Position numbers and translations under genes: made by a program. The notes beneath the pieces are model-generated. The model saw nothing but the letters and a program-made list of their open reading frames with translations, did no database searches and was not told the DNA's origin. Shown one piece after another: positions 22,626 through 35,082 of a stretch of 64,000 bases of DNA. Source of the stretch: Callorhinchus milii. Taxonomy: Eukaryota. The stretch lies in assembly GCF_018977255.1 (NCBI RefSeq), contig NW_024704824.1, positions 62,001-126,000 of the forward strand, read 5' to 3'. Numbering within the stretch: the first letter of the stretch is position 1; the number at the start of each line of letters is the position of its first letter.

Positions 22626-25600
22626 ACCACAAGGTCTATCTGCACTGCAAGAAGGATCCCTATATCCTGATTGATGTAGATACATGATTTATACCGTATT
22701 AGAAAGTTATTGCCCATGGGAGTGACATGGGCAGATTTGTTTTTGTGTATCTCGTACAGTTCATGAGTTAAATACAGTTTTGTGTGATTGCTGTAGTTAC
22801 ACCTCGTGGCCACCGAGTCAAAGTGGCGCCGTGGGATCGTGCATCACAGAGCACCAACGAACACACTGCAGTTACACCTGGTGGCCACGCCGTGGCGCTG
22901 TGGCATTCTTAGCATAGGCAAGCGGCGGGAACCAAATAAAGAACGCAGACTAAGCTAAGCCGCGGCAACAGCAAAATATTACATACTTACAGCACCGAGT
23001 CCTCCCAGAGAGTTCTCTGAAATGGTGTCCTCCCACAGGAGTCCTACCAGATGAGTAGAGATAAACATGAAATGTCTGTCTGTGGGTGAATCTACATTCC
23101 ATATTGGATCCTTTGGTTGCAAGTGAAGCTGCAACGGGTACAGTTCGTTATTCAATGAGGTAGAAAACAAACCACTAAAGGCCTGTGAGTTCCAGAGAGT
23201 TTAATGGTAATGGTGGGGCAGATAGAGCAGTGGGATATGAAACAGGCGATTGTCACTGAGCAAAGGGAGCAGCGTCACTGTGGTTGAAGGAAATCGCAGA
23301 GGGAAGTGAGGTAAGTGCTTGAAAGAAGTTACTTGACGGAAACTTTCCTACATTTCGAAGCAAAGTATCCAAAGTGTTTAGAAACGTTCTCCAGACGTGA
23401 AAGAAACTGCCAAATAGAACGAGTTTTATGTATTAATATGGCTATATTCTGCCAACTCTGATTTACCAATCACAGCCACTTGAGGTGACCCAACAGCTGC
23501 TGTTGCTGTTGTTGCTGTTGGTGTGAAGGGGAATAATGTATGAAAGGTCCGGCTGTGGGCCCCACGGTGTGAGAGCAGGAAGCTGCTCACTGACTGACTG
23601 CACACAATCACAGCTGCTTCCTGACAGTTGTGCTCTGAGTTTCTGCCCCACCTGAAGGCGGTGTGAATCATTCTGTGTGAAGCGTCTTTCAAGCAAGAAG
23701 ACTTTAGATATAAAAAGCAGTAACTTGTTTAGCATTTTGCTCATGAGCTGTTCTGCAACATGAACTATTCCATCACATCCACAAACAATCATTTCCTGTA
23801 AACTCGAAGTCTTGAATAGCAAATAACAAAAATAAACCCCAAACAATATAGAAATATAAAGACAGAGAACTCTCCATCATTTCTATTGTTTGCTGAGTAA
23901 AGTCAGCGCCTCTTAATTACTGTGTATGTAAGAATACGACAAACGATGCAGAAAATGTGTTGACAAAGGCAACCGGGCAATAAGCAGTGATATCACAAGC
24001 TGAGTGTAAGAGGCACTGCATATTATTCTCTGGGTGATTAGGCTGTATATCTGTGCCACATTACACCAGCGATGCACTGCACAATATTAACTGTCCACTG
24101 TTCAGGTACTCCAACACTTGGTGCGGTTTTCACATTGAGACTGTGTGAACATTAGGAATGAACAGCCTAATGAGGCCATAGACACAGTTATTTGGGCCGT
24201 TGGGAAGAGGGAAGAACTGATATTTAATAAGTCAGGACATGAAGGTACATGGAGACAAAGCTGAGAAATGGACTGAGAGAGAATTGCCACAGAAGCCGGT
24301 GCGGCTCCAGCGGCCTTGGCCTTTCCCTAAATGTAACAGGAAACACTATTATCTACTGAGCGGGACAGACTCTCAATAAACCCGAAACACATTAATGTAG
24401 AAAAATACTTTGGCACTTCTTCCCTCCACATCACCGAGAGACTGATCACCAAGATTGTCCTCAAATTGGTCTGGAATAACAACCATTAATAAATTGATTT
24501 TGAAAAGATAACTTTATTATATTTTACTCCACATTCCATCAAAGTCGGAGTATTTTGTGAAGTGGCCACACACGGAGCTGTTCTGTGTCCTGTTGTTTTT
24601 CAGCCGTTACAATGATTATTTCCCGACGTTTGAGATTTATGTTGTGCTCTGACAGGTTTGCTGTAAGATCGCAGCTCTTGTAGACCTTGTACAGGTTCCA
24701 GATCCAGTGCCCAAAGGAGAATTCAGGAATCAGTGGCTCCTCATGTCTCACTGCAGCCGATTGTTTCAGTTCAGGATTTCAATGTCAAACAGAAGCTTTT
24801 CACTGGGAATTATCTGTTGGTTTCTGATTGTATTGATCTGAATATCGGAGTCAGTGAATGTTATACCCTACAGCCTGTGCGCTTTGATCAGATCTAATGC
24901 TGGGACTTTCCTACTGATCAACGTTACTTGTGTGACTGTGCAATGGGCCACAGAGAATTACACACCAGAAAGGTGCAAACTCCTCAAACAACAAAGCACA
25001 AACACAGAGATTTACTCCCAGACCAGGTGGTGTGTTCATGTTGGGACTCTGAGATCACAACGCTGACTGATATTCCCAGACATTAATCCAAGTCCACTCT
25101 CCCGGGTCAGGCGGCTTGGAATATCCTATGACAGTAATTGTATAAAGGAAACAATTTTTTGTCGATTTACTTGGAAAATTGGAGCATCAGCTTCAGACAT
25201 TCAGGGACACAACACACAGTGTCTGATGAGAATCCCTGTTACACTCTGACTCGCAGTTACTGAAAACTGCCGCGATATTAGAGTTGGGACAATGTGACAC
25301 TGAAACCATTTCTGATTGAAGCTTCATTTCATTTCTTTCCAGTTTCCTTCTCTTGTCCTGAAGGAGTGTGATTGCTCTGACGTTACACTGGGCTCCCATT
25401 CCACCAGCTATCCGGCTTCTCATCCCAAGAGGACATTTCATGCCTGGTTTGAAATCATGAGCCATACATTCTGTGAAGCGCTTTGAGACGTCCAGCACAT
25501 GTAAACAGGTGCTCTATCAAATACAAGGATTATTATTATTATTAATATTATTATGTCTTGATGCCCATGTGGGACATGAAATCAGAATTTGCAGACAAGA

Positions 25601-26394
25601 AACGGAACAATCATTTACGGGAGATCAGAACATCACTAAGAACAGGAAATAATGAATTTTGAATTCTGGTACAATATTAATTTTTACCCACAAAAAACAA
25701 AGTCACTACACATTACTATCCATTGTGTGAAGTGCCTTGATTTCTTTCAATGACGTGATAAGGCATTATGTGAAATGCAAGGATTATTAAAATAATTAAT
25801 ATCATCATAAGAACATGAGAAAATAAGAATTACAGGATGAAAATAAAGTCCATCTGGTTCCCCAACCACTATCCTGGCAGCCGCATGCACATGTCATGTC
25901 CTAAACAATATACTGTGTCGCACAATATTATTTTCAGAAAGTAACCTCTCATTTATTTTTACAAGAATCGACACTTTCAGCTTCATCATCTTCCCCCTTT
26001 AACAGTCGCTCACTGAAATAGTGTGAACGCAGATTTGTTTTGAATTTCCCGCCTCCTCCACACACACTGCAAACACACACACACTCAGAAACATTGAAGG
26101 AAGGAATTTGCGATGCTTCAGGGTCAGCGCGAGGGCTAATACTACTGAGACTTATATTAATAATAATTAATTATTGCATTTGATATAGCGCTTTTCACAT
26201 CGGGAGGACGTCCCAAAGCGCTTCACAGAACACACTTTAAAGCGAATTGACTGTATATTTGTGGGCGAATGCGGCAGCCAATTGCGCACAGCAATGTCCC
26301 ACAAAGAGTCGTATTAATTAATATTAATATTAATATTAATTTGCTGTAAAGGCAGAATGTAAAGGTACAGTTATTGCTCTGTGCAGGTCAGAGG

Positions 26395-26480
26395 GAATGT
26401 GACACGTGACTCCCCTCAGTCCTGCAGCTATTGGTGGGTTCTCCACCCCCTGCCCCACTGCCCCTTGTTATATAGCGGTC
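26395..26480 (+). promoter_or_regulatory. VH promoter candidate
   Basis: TGACACGTGAC E-box/CRE-like motif (26400-26410), ATTGG, TTATATAG TATA-like box about 95 nt before the leader ATG; no ATGCAAAT octamer seen, consistent with chondrichthyan IgH promoters. Confidence 0.5.
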
Positions 26481-26565
26481 ACTGGGGACTGAGGCCATCT
26501 GTCCGGCAGCTCTTTGGCCCTCGGTTATTCGGCTCCAGTCTCAGTTCTGACAAGTGCCCAGAAAC

Positions 26566-26611
26566 ATGAGGTCCCTGATTTCTCTCAGTCTGCTGCTGGC
26601 TGTCTTCTCCC
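26566..26611 (+). CDS. IgH leader exon
   Basis: ATG AGG TCC...MRSLISLSLLLAVFS C|GTGAGT, phase 1 matching the V exon. Confidence 0.92.
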
Positions 26612-26727
26612 GTGAGTGCTATTATTCTGACAGTCTCACTCTTCCTGTGTCGGTCTTATTCTCTCTGCAATGTCACAGAGACGGGAGGTTTCACAGTCAT
26701 TAATCTTCGGTCATTTATTCTTTACAG

Positions 26728-27033
26728 GTGTCCAGGCCGATGTGGTGCTGACACAGCCGCCGTCTCTAACCGGGAAACCTGGCCATCCCCTGAGACTGAC
26801 CTGTAAAACCAGTGGGTTTAATCTCGGCAGCTACAGCATGCACTGGGTCCGGCAGGTTCCCGGGAAGGGGCTGGAATGGCTCCTCTATTATTACAGCTCA
26901 TCCAGCAATGCTTTCGCGCCTGGGATTGAAGACCGTGTCACTGTCATCAAAGAGGATTCCAATAACATCTTCGATTTGATCATCAAAAGCCCGAGAGTGG
27001 ACGACACCGCCATCTATTACTGTGCAAGAGACT
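26728..27033 (+). CDS. IGHV: Germline (unjoined) VH segment
   Basis: TTTACAG acceptor; [53 protein letters not shown]...[11 protein letters not shown]; both Cys and the FR2 Trp present. Confidence 0.97.
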
Positions 27034-27061
27034 CACAGTGAGAGGAACTCCTACAAATACA
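27034..27061 (+). promoter_or_regulatory. VH RSS with 12-bp spacer
   Basis: CACAGTG (27034-27040) + AGAGGAACTCCT (12 nt) + ACAAATACA (27053-27061); no nonamer-like sequence at 22/23-nt spacing (AAGGGGAGG / AGGGGAGGA). Confidence 0.82.
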
Positions 27062-27474
27062 CAAGGGGAGGAAAGGCAGCCCCTCCCACCCTAAACTGCC
27101 TGACAGTCATGGTGTCAATGCTGTGTCTGGAGCGAAGATTAAAGGAAAAGCTTCAAATGGATTTCTTCTCATGTTAAACCTACACAGTGAGTCGTGGTTT
27201 GATGGTGCGAATGACCTGCTTATTGGTGCTGTAATATTCTGGGATTTCAGTTGGTAAGTGACACTGTGCTGTTTGAGGCGGGAAGGACTGCGATTGGAGA
27301 CTGGCGATGTGACGGTTCACAGATATCCTCTTGTTACAAACTGAGCTGTTGGAGAGATTTGTTTTCTGTTTCTGTGGCTATGAAGAAAGTATTAGATAGA
27401 CTCGATGTCATGTCACAGGGGAATAGGCCATTTCAGTGAATTTTGGCAGCCAGTGTTGAGCAGACATTGAGGGC

Positions 27475-27553
27475 AGTATTTGTATGGGACTGTGTCACTG
27501 TGTACAACAGTGGGTCACAATGCTGCACACAGCCATCTCCTCATACAAAAACC
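27475..27553 (+). other. IGHD: D1 segment with 12-bp (5') and 22-bp (3') RSS
   Basis: AGTATTTGT-12-CACTGTG (27496-27502) | TACAACAGTGGGT (27503-27515) | CACAATG-22-ACAAAAACC (27545-27553). Symbol refers to a diversity segment. Confidence 0.92.
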
Positions 27554-27865
27554 CGAGCCAGAGAGGCTGCTCACCCCTGTCATCACTGAAACATCCACAG
27601 CATCCAAATAAATGTTACAGAGAGTGGATCCTTCTCATAAATGACCTGGTATTTAACAGATGAATTCAGAATGATTTAGATTACAGGACGGCATTAAACA
27701 AGACTGACGTCTGTGGAGCTGCTTTAACATTAATCCAAAGTCTCTAATAAACATAAGGATTTATTCTGACTGAAACATCACATGAAGCCTCACTGGTGAA
27801 TCTGAGCTGAGGTCCAGTCAGTGTCTGATATTCCAGTCAATATTTGTTAGTTTATCCTGTGCAGG

Positions 27866-27931
27866 AGTTTGTGTCACAGTGTGTATCACTGTGATATATG
27901 GACCACAGCATTAACTGTCAATACAAAAACC
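27866..27931 (+). other. IGHD: D2 segment with 12-bp RSS on both sides
   Basis: AGTTTGTGT-12-CACTGTG (27887-27893) | ATATATGGAC | CACAGCA-12-ACAAAAACC (27923-27931). Symbol refers to a diversity segment. Confidence 0.92.
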
Positions 27932-28266
27932 CTTCAACACCAAACCAGCTCATGTCTCTCACTGTTCGCTTGTGTGGCCACTTAATGTGCAGGGATTTGG
28001 TATGTTTAAAATGCCGCCTTCCACTGAGGATTTTACCAGATTTTAATAGACATAAAACATAACATTTCATCTACAATCTGTTGGTGACAAGAAAAGGTGT
28101 TTGACATGAACACAGCAAACTGGCAAAGACACAAACATTTAACAGGTAAACACAGAGCCGGGCAATAGTGTTCAGAACATTACAGAAATATATCGTGACC
28201 TGCATTTGGTTTGGGGGAGTCAACATTTACAATAATATTGTGTTGGTGTGTCCTGCCCGCACAGCA

Positions 28267-28353
28267 GGTTGTTGCAGTGGGCAGCCCACTGACTGGAGCA
28301 CAGTGACTACCTCGACTACTGGGGACAAGGCACCATGATGACGGTGACTAATG
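28267..28353 (+). CDS. IGHJ: JH segment (coding 28306-28353) with 23-bp RSS
   Basis: GGTTGTTGC-23-CACAGTG (28299-28305) then YLDYWGQGTMMTVTN G|GTAAG. Confidence 0.93.
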
Positions 28354-31107
28354 GTAAGAAACACACACTTACTCACTCACAATGCTGACATTGTTTTATA
28401 TGTTTGTTTGATTCACTTTAACAACTATTTGCTGTAATGAATTCCGCGTTGCCAGGCTATCTCGCAGTTTAATGTATGTTAAAGGGGTTTCCCTGATATC
28501 GCTTTCAACAGCCACTGTTGATTTATGGATTATTCTCTCAATGTTTAGTTCATTGTTGGTGATATTTTTGGTGGTTAGTGAATGTACAGCTGAGGTTACA
28601 CTGACGGTCTTTGTGCAATGTCTGATCGCGGTGACTGGCGGTGGGTAGTTTTCGGGTATAATGTCGTCAGGAATTGTATGAAAGTGTTTGAATCTATGCC
28701 CACGTGTTGGGAATCAGGGCCGGAATGTTGTTGGATGAGCGATGGGAAGGTTATCTGATCGATTCCAATATGTATTTTAATTCTTTATTTAACATAAGGA
28801 CCGCGGCTGCAGTTTAAAGTGTCTCAATCTGGGGGAGGGGGTGAGTCTGAGAGTAAAGTGGGTTTATACTGCTGGGATGTGATTGTAAACACAGCAGCTC
28901 AATCTGCACGGATGTTACAGCAATAATAGTGAAGGTTTTTATTTTAATTAATATCAGCATTAATGTGCTGCTCACAGTCTCGTTGCCTCAGGTTCCCCTC
29001 ACACCAGTCATGGTTTAGTCAGCGAGAGTGAGAGCTCAGACTTGATTTCAATTGATTTGAACAGCAATCGAGTGAACATGACCGCACTTCCTCACAGTGC
29101 ACAGACACAAGAGGTCGCTGCTGATCTATAATCATCAGCTTCCTGTTTTACACAAAATGATCTGCAGAAAAAAAGATTTTAAATTTGTTGATTTTCAATA
29201 AACAAATGGTAAACTCTGAATCACACACTGCAATGTAACAGATCCAGTTGTTTATGAGATGTTTAACACACAGCGACACTGGTCACTGACACCAAACTAA
29301 TGATATCAGAACTGATCAGCTCCAACTCCAGAGTCGGTAGAGATGAGGGTGAAAGGAATGAGTTTGTCATTTGACTGTAAATACATGATTTAGTTATTCT
29401 GTGTAACTGTTTGAGCTGCAGGGAATTGTGACTGTGAGTTACATTGCACAATGTACAATGCTTCACGTGTGATGTGGAAGGAGAGTGTGTGAAGCTGCTG
29501 TGCAGTTACTGAGAGCTTCAGCTGAGAGAGAGACAACATGGAGCGACCTGTGGCTTATTGGATGGAAAGAGTTTGTGTTTGAGATGTGAGGGTTCAGGCT
29601 GTGATGGTGTGTGAGACCTGATTAACCGGCATTGAGCAGTGTAATAGCAAATGGCTGAACCGGGATATCTCACTGTGTGGAGAGCGGCTGGGAGTCGGGT
29701 TCATGTTTAACCCTCAGATCGAGGGGTAGGAAAGAGCAATGTGAAGGTTTGTTTTCATCAATATCTTCCCAGAGGCCGAGAAATTCACTTCCTCTCAGTC
29801 TGTGAGGAGACCATTTGTGGTACAGTGTAAAATTGTGCAGAATTATGAATAGTTTCTTCAATTCAGTGTTATATTCCACAATATCAATATAAAAGTGCTT
29901 TGCTCCTTAGTCAATGCAGCGTCACTGACATCAAACCCCCGGACAGAGACCTCTGTCTTTATTCAACTATTTAAGAGCCGATGTGTAACACATACTCCAA
30001 AATATGCTGTAAACATCTGTGTCCCCATTCAGTGCAGGGCCAGCGGCTGCTGCAGGTTCCGCTGATCCCAATCACAAGTCAGACAGGATTCCCTGTGCGA
30101 GGCGTGTCCTGGGCACAGCACTGATTACACTCCTTCATTCCTCAGGTCAACCACTGAATCTGCCCATTATCAGTCAGGCTCTGCCAGTGTGAAGCGCTCT
30201 GAGACGCTGCCCTGCGTGGAGGGCGCTATATAAGTGCAAGTTGTTGTATTATTGGGTCTCTCTAGTTTTGTAGCTAAAAGAGTTAATATTGACCGTAATC
30301 CATCATTATTCAGACAAATCAGAATATACTATTTTAACACCAACACAGTGGCTGTCAGGTGGGAAATTGTCTGTGGCAATTCTGTAACCAATCTGAACAG
30401 AATAAATTGTTTTAATAAATGTCAGAACCAGAAAGTCTCAATATTTAAATTTTTAGACGATTGTGTGACAATGAAAGATTATCCGGAGGTTTGAATGATC
30501 TTGAAATAAATATTTATTGGCAAATTCAACAGAAGATTTGGAAATCAAAGCAACATTTTAATTAAGATTTAATTAATTAAGCAACATTTACATTACCCTA
30601 CATTTTAAAGCCTTGTTGCTCGGAGAAAGAATTGTGACTATTTTAGTCTGAGAGGGTTTAGAATGACATTATAATCACAGGGACACTGTCTGACTCTCTG
30701 TGTTTCTAAACTTAAACTGGTCACGTGGTGACTTGAAGCTGCTTCGCAGACGATGCAGTCGAGGCTTTGCTGTGTAGATTAGCAGTTTCTCTCTCACACA
30801 GACAGTCACAGCTGAACAACATTATTGGGATCTGAAATTTAAACCGGATTTACATTTAAACAGCCAAATGTGTCACCTTGGAGCCAATTCAGCTCCTGCT
30901 CCCCGCCCCCCAGGAAGATAGTTCAGCTCTATCCGGTGATTCATTTTGTCCTGAAACTGCGTCTCCATTTTTTTCTAGAAATACAAATTCAGACTAACAT
31001 TGTTGTCAAGAATTCAGTAACAATTAGAGAAATTCCTGCTCCGACTGTCTCTTACAGAGAGCTCTGCCCACCACTCTCACCTCTCCTCTCAAACTCTGAG
31101 AGGATCA

Positions 31108-32208
31108 TTATTCTATTAATAATAATAATAATAATCCCTGCATTTGATATCGCGCTTTTCATGTCTTCTCGACATCTCAAAGCGCTTCACAGAATATGCT
31201 GTAAAGTGAATTGACTGTATGTTTGTGGGCGTAATGCTGCAGCCAACTGCGCACAGCAGTGTCCCACAAACAGTCGTGGATTGAAAATGTCCAATTTATT
31301 ATTGTTTTAATGGCAATACAGTTATTTGATACTAATTTTTTTCTTCACCATGTCCGGGTGTCTTTAACATTAGCTTTTCTCTGCTGGAGAAATGTCGCCC
31401 TCCTACATTAAGAATATATTACTCCTTAAATGTCATCTGTGAAAGCCTTGTTCTCAGCCACGACTCCAGCCAGCACGCACACACAGGTACGCACACACAG
31501 GTACGCACACACTCACGCACACAAAAATAACATAATAATCATTGCTTTAGGTGCAGTGCCTATCACGGTGGTGAGACGTCTCAAAGCGCTTCATAGGATA
31601 TAATGTAATGTGGATTGACTGTACTTTGTGGGAAAACACAGAAGCCATTTGAGCAAAATAATGTCCCACCAACACACGTAGAGTGATTGGTCAATTTTAT
31701 ATAGGTGACTGTTGACCAGGACAACAGGAGAGAGAGAGGGAGAGAGAGACTGACTTCTGTTTTTGAATAGTGCCATGAGATCTTTAACGTGGAATTGATG
31801 GCAGACGGGGCCTTGGTTTAACACCTCAATACGTATACACACCACACACACACACACACACACACTCAAACACATACACACACACATATATACATACATG
31901 TATACATAATAATACTTGCATTTGATATAGTGCTTTTCAAATGTTTGAGACATCTCAAAGCGCTTCACAGTATAATGTAAAATGAATTGACTGTATGTTT
32001 GTGGGATAAACGCGGCAGCCAATTGGTCACAGGAGTTTCCCACAAACAGTCGTGCATTGAAATAATCAATTTTATTGTTTTTTTCTTGAAGCATTATTAT
32101 CAGGCGGGTGGGGTAAGGAAACTTTCCCAGGTTTCACCCTGACGGAAACCGAACCCACGTCTCTCGATTGTGAGGCGAGTGCTCTAACTACTGAGCCACA
32201 GGACTTCT
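31108..32208 (-). mobile_element. Cluster of tRNA-derived SINE copies in the J-CH1 intron (about 31108-31330, 31560-31860, 31905-32208)
   Basis: Reverse-strand copies of the SINE body and tail; full head ends CTGAGCCACAGGAC near 32200. Confidence 0.75.
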
Positions 32209-32497
32209 ATTCATACAGGAGACATACATAGATACACATACACACACACATATCTACGTAGAAGTACATGCGTACATATCTAAGTATGTGAGATATGTTT
32301 GTGTGTATGTGTACCTATGTATGTGTCCTGTATGATTAGAATATACACACACACATATCTATGTGCACGTATGAAGATACATAAATGCATATATACTGAT
32401 ATTGATTTGGGTCACAGGTTTATTTTAGTTTATCTGTGTGTCTGACCAAATTGCAGAAAAGCAGAACCTCAAATCTAACTTTCTTCTTGGTTTCCAG

Positions 32498-32800
32498 CTG
32501 TAACTACTCCTCCCAGTCTTTACGCCCTGCTGCCATACTGTGGACAATCCTCTTCTGGAGGCTCAGTGACTGTTGGGTGTCTGGCCTCCAGCTACAGCCC
32601 CGATCCCGCCATCTTCACCTGGAGATCAAATACAAATCCCATCACTGACCAAGTCGAGACTTATCCCTCAGTGCTCAACAAGAACGGTCTCTACACTCTG
32701 AGCAGCCAGTTAACAATCGCTGAATCCCAGCTGGGCAGCATCTATTGTAAGGTTGCACATAAAAACAACACCTGGTCAGCCGTGGAAAAGCCCCTAAAAG
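32498..32800 (+). CDS. IGHM: IgM CH1 exon, cluster 2
   Basis: TTTCCAG acceptor, G|GTCAGT donor, 303 nt; AVTTPPSLYALLPYCGQSSSGGSVTVGCLASSYSPDPAIFTW...SIYCKVAH; N-terminal Cys for light-chain linkage present. Confidence 0.95.
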
Positions 32801-33435
32801 GTCAGTGCTGTTCGCCAACATACAGAACAATCAAACATGTTGCTCCCATATAGGGTAGAACACTCAACATTGTAGGTGTGGGTATGTCACTTTTCTTCAC
32901 CAGGTTATGTGAACACTCCCATCACAGAGAATCTGCAATGTCCTGATGATGTTACCCTCATTTCCCAAGTGCTGCGTTACCCGGAGATAATGGGCACAAA
33001 TGAACAGATAGAAAGGACTCCAACCAGTTCAGTTGGACCAGGGAAGATAGGGGAGCAGCCTGACAGGAAACAGACACAACACAAACTAGAGAGAGGGAAG
33101 GTGGGACTCTGAGAAGGAGAGCGAGCGAGCTTTGGAGAGCAAGGATTGAGCAATGCTCAACGATAGGCAACATGGCAGGGAAGAATAGAAGAGTTTTCAA
33201 CTTTAAGCCCACTTTAGAGTCGAGTGCAATATATCAGATGGAATGATTGAAGCGGTTGCAATGTTTATCTTTCTAAAGGGGGGTCTTTAGTGGGAAGATT
33301 GAAAGAGATAAGCGAATGAGAGAGGAGTATCCACCCCGTGGCTGAGATCAATGTCAGTTTGAATATGAATATCAATTGCACAACAAAAAATATTTCTATC
33401 AAACAAAACATAACCTATTATTCAATATCCTGCAG

Positions 33436-33756
33436 ATCTCCCGTCACCGTTGCCCCCAGTTGTTATCCTCACACAGTTTTCCGCTGAGGACATCGCAATG
33501 CACAAACCGACCACTGCTATCTGCTTCATATACGGTTTCCGTCCGGACAGTCTCAGGGTTGAGTGGCTGAAGGACTGGCAGCCCATACACTCAGGTGTTG
33601 TGACCTCTCCCTCGGTTGAAAACAATGGGACATTCAGCACCAGCAGCCGTCTGACTGTCACCGCCAGAGAGGGGAAGAGCGACTCGGTTTACACCTGCAA
33701 GGTGACCCATCAGCCCTCCCACACCATCACTGTCAAGAACATCACCAAGTGCCAAG
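33436..33756 (+). CDS. IGHM: IgM CH2 exon, cluster 2
   Basis: CTGCAG acceptor, G|GTAGG donor, 321 nt; ICFIYGFRPDSLRVEWLK...VYTCKVTHQPS...TKCQ. Confidence 0.95.
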
Positions 33757-33959
33757 GTAGGAGGTACAGCACCAGCTGATACACACGCCAACAACATGGC
33801 TCTCAGTTTCCTTGCAAATGTCCACTTGTGGGAGCTCTGGGGCACTTTGGGTTGAGCTCCTTTTGTATATTTCACTGGGATCAATGCACATGTGAGCCTT
33901 GAACCAAAGTTTATGGATGTGTACAACATGAGGAAATCGGCACTCGATCCTCACTGTGT

Positions 33960-34288
33960 TAATAATAATACTAATAATCCTTGCATTTGATATAGCGCTT
34001 TTCATGTCGGGAGGACGTCCCAAAGCACTTCACAGAACACACACTAAAGTGAATTGACTGTATACTTGTGGGCGAACACGGCAGCCAATTGCGCACAGCA
34101 ATGTCCCACAAACAGTTGTTGATTGAAAATGACCAATTTATTATTGTTTTTTTGATTTTGGAGGGATTATTATTAGGCTCTGTGTGGAGTAAGGAAACTT
34201 GCCCAAGGTTTTGTCCTCTGCCTGGAATTGAACTCAGGTCTCTTCGCTTGTAAAAACGAGTGTTCTAACCACTCAGCTACAGGACTGT
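33960..34288 (-). mobile_element. tRNA-derived SINE in CH2-CH3 intron
   Basis: Full head and tail on the minus strand. Confidence 0.8.
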
Positions 34289-34773
34289 TATCAGGAGGCG
34301 CACCGTTTGGCTCTGTTTCTGATCTGCTGCTCAAGGGGAGATCTGGCATCTCTCACAGGTCCACGTGACTTTGGCTGTAATTCCCATATTCCACCCTCTT
34401 CCTCCACGTCTACTTTCACTGAACTTCCTGATCACAAACAGTCAATTTGGTCACTCCGCGCAGATATGCAGTGAATCGCAGACTGCAGAGTTACAACTCA
34501 TCCAATGTATATGTTTAATGCTGAGTTGTTGTCAGTCGGAGGGAATTGGAAATCAATCGGCCAAATATCACGCGGTGTTTCAGAGAAGATTGTTCATCTT
34601 TCCATTAAATCATTTCAATACCAACTGATAATTCTGTTAGGAAACCGCGGTGCGTGTTCAGCTCACCCAGAACGTGAGAATATTCATGGACAGTATTGTT
34701 TCATAACTTGATCAAATATGAAATCCTGGATATTGGCTGTTATTTGGGTTTCAAGTTTCTTTTCCTTTTCTAG

Positions 34774-35082
34774 GTTGTGAATCTCCTGAACCTGTCAAGG
34801 TCTCTTTCCTGCCGCCTTCACCGAAACAGGTTTTGATGGAACCCATTGTAACGCTGACATGTGTCGTGGCGAATGCACCACATGACGTCAACGTGACTTG
34901 GACACAAGAACAGACACATTTACAGTCTGGATATGGGAAACCGTCTGCCACTGGGCCTCAGGAAGTGATCAGTAAACTAAACATTTCTACACAAGACTGG
35001 ACCGGTGGAAAAGTATACTTCTGCATTGTCAGCCATGACGATATACCGACTCCCATCAGAAAAAAGATATTTAAGGAGCCCG
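34774..35082 (+). CDS. IGHM: IgM CH3 exon, cluster 2
   Basis: TTTTCTAG acceptor, G|GTGAG donor, 309 nt; GCESPEPVKVSFLPPSPKQVLMEPIVTLTCVV...VYFCIVSHDDIPTP. Confidence 0.95.

Noticed and set aside
27183-27268. Extra heptamers (CACAGTG at 27183, CACTGTG at 27262) as a hidden D with a 23-RSS that would rescue the V
   Set aside because: No nonamer-like sequence at 12- or 23-nt spacing for either.
26728-32800. Heavy-chain-only, IgNAR or IgW identity
   Set aside because: Four C exons with a mu-type tail, a CH1 with the light-chain Cys, and conventional FR2 (VPGKGLEW) indicate ordinary IgM.
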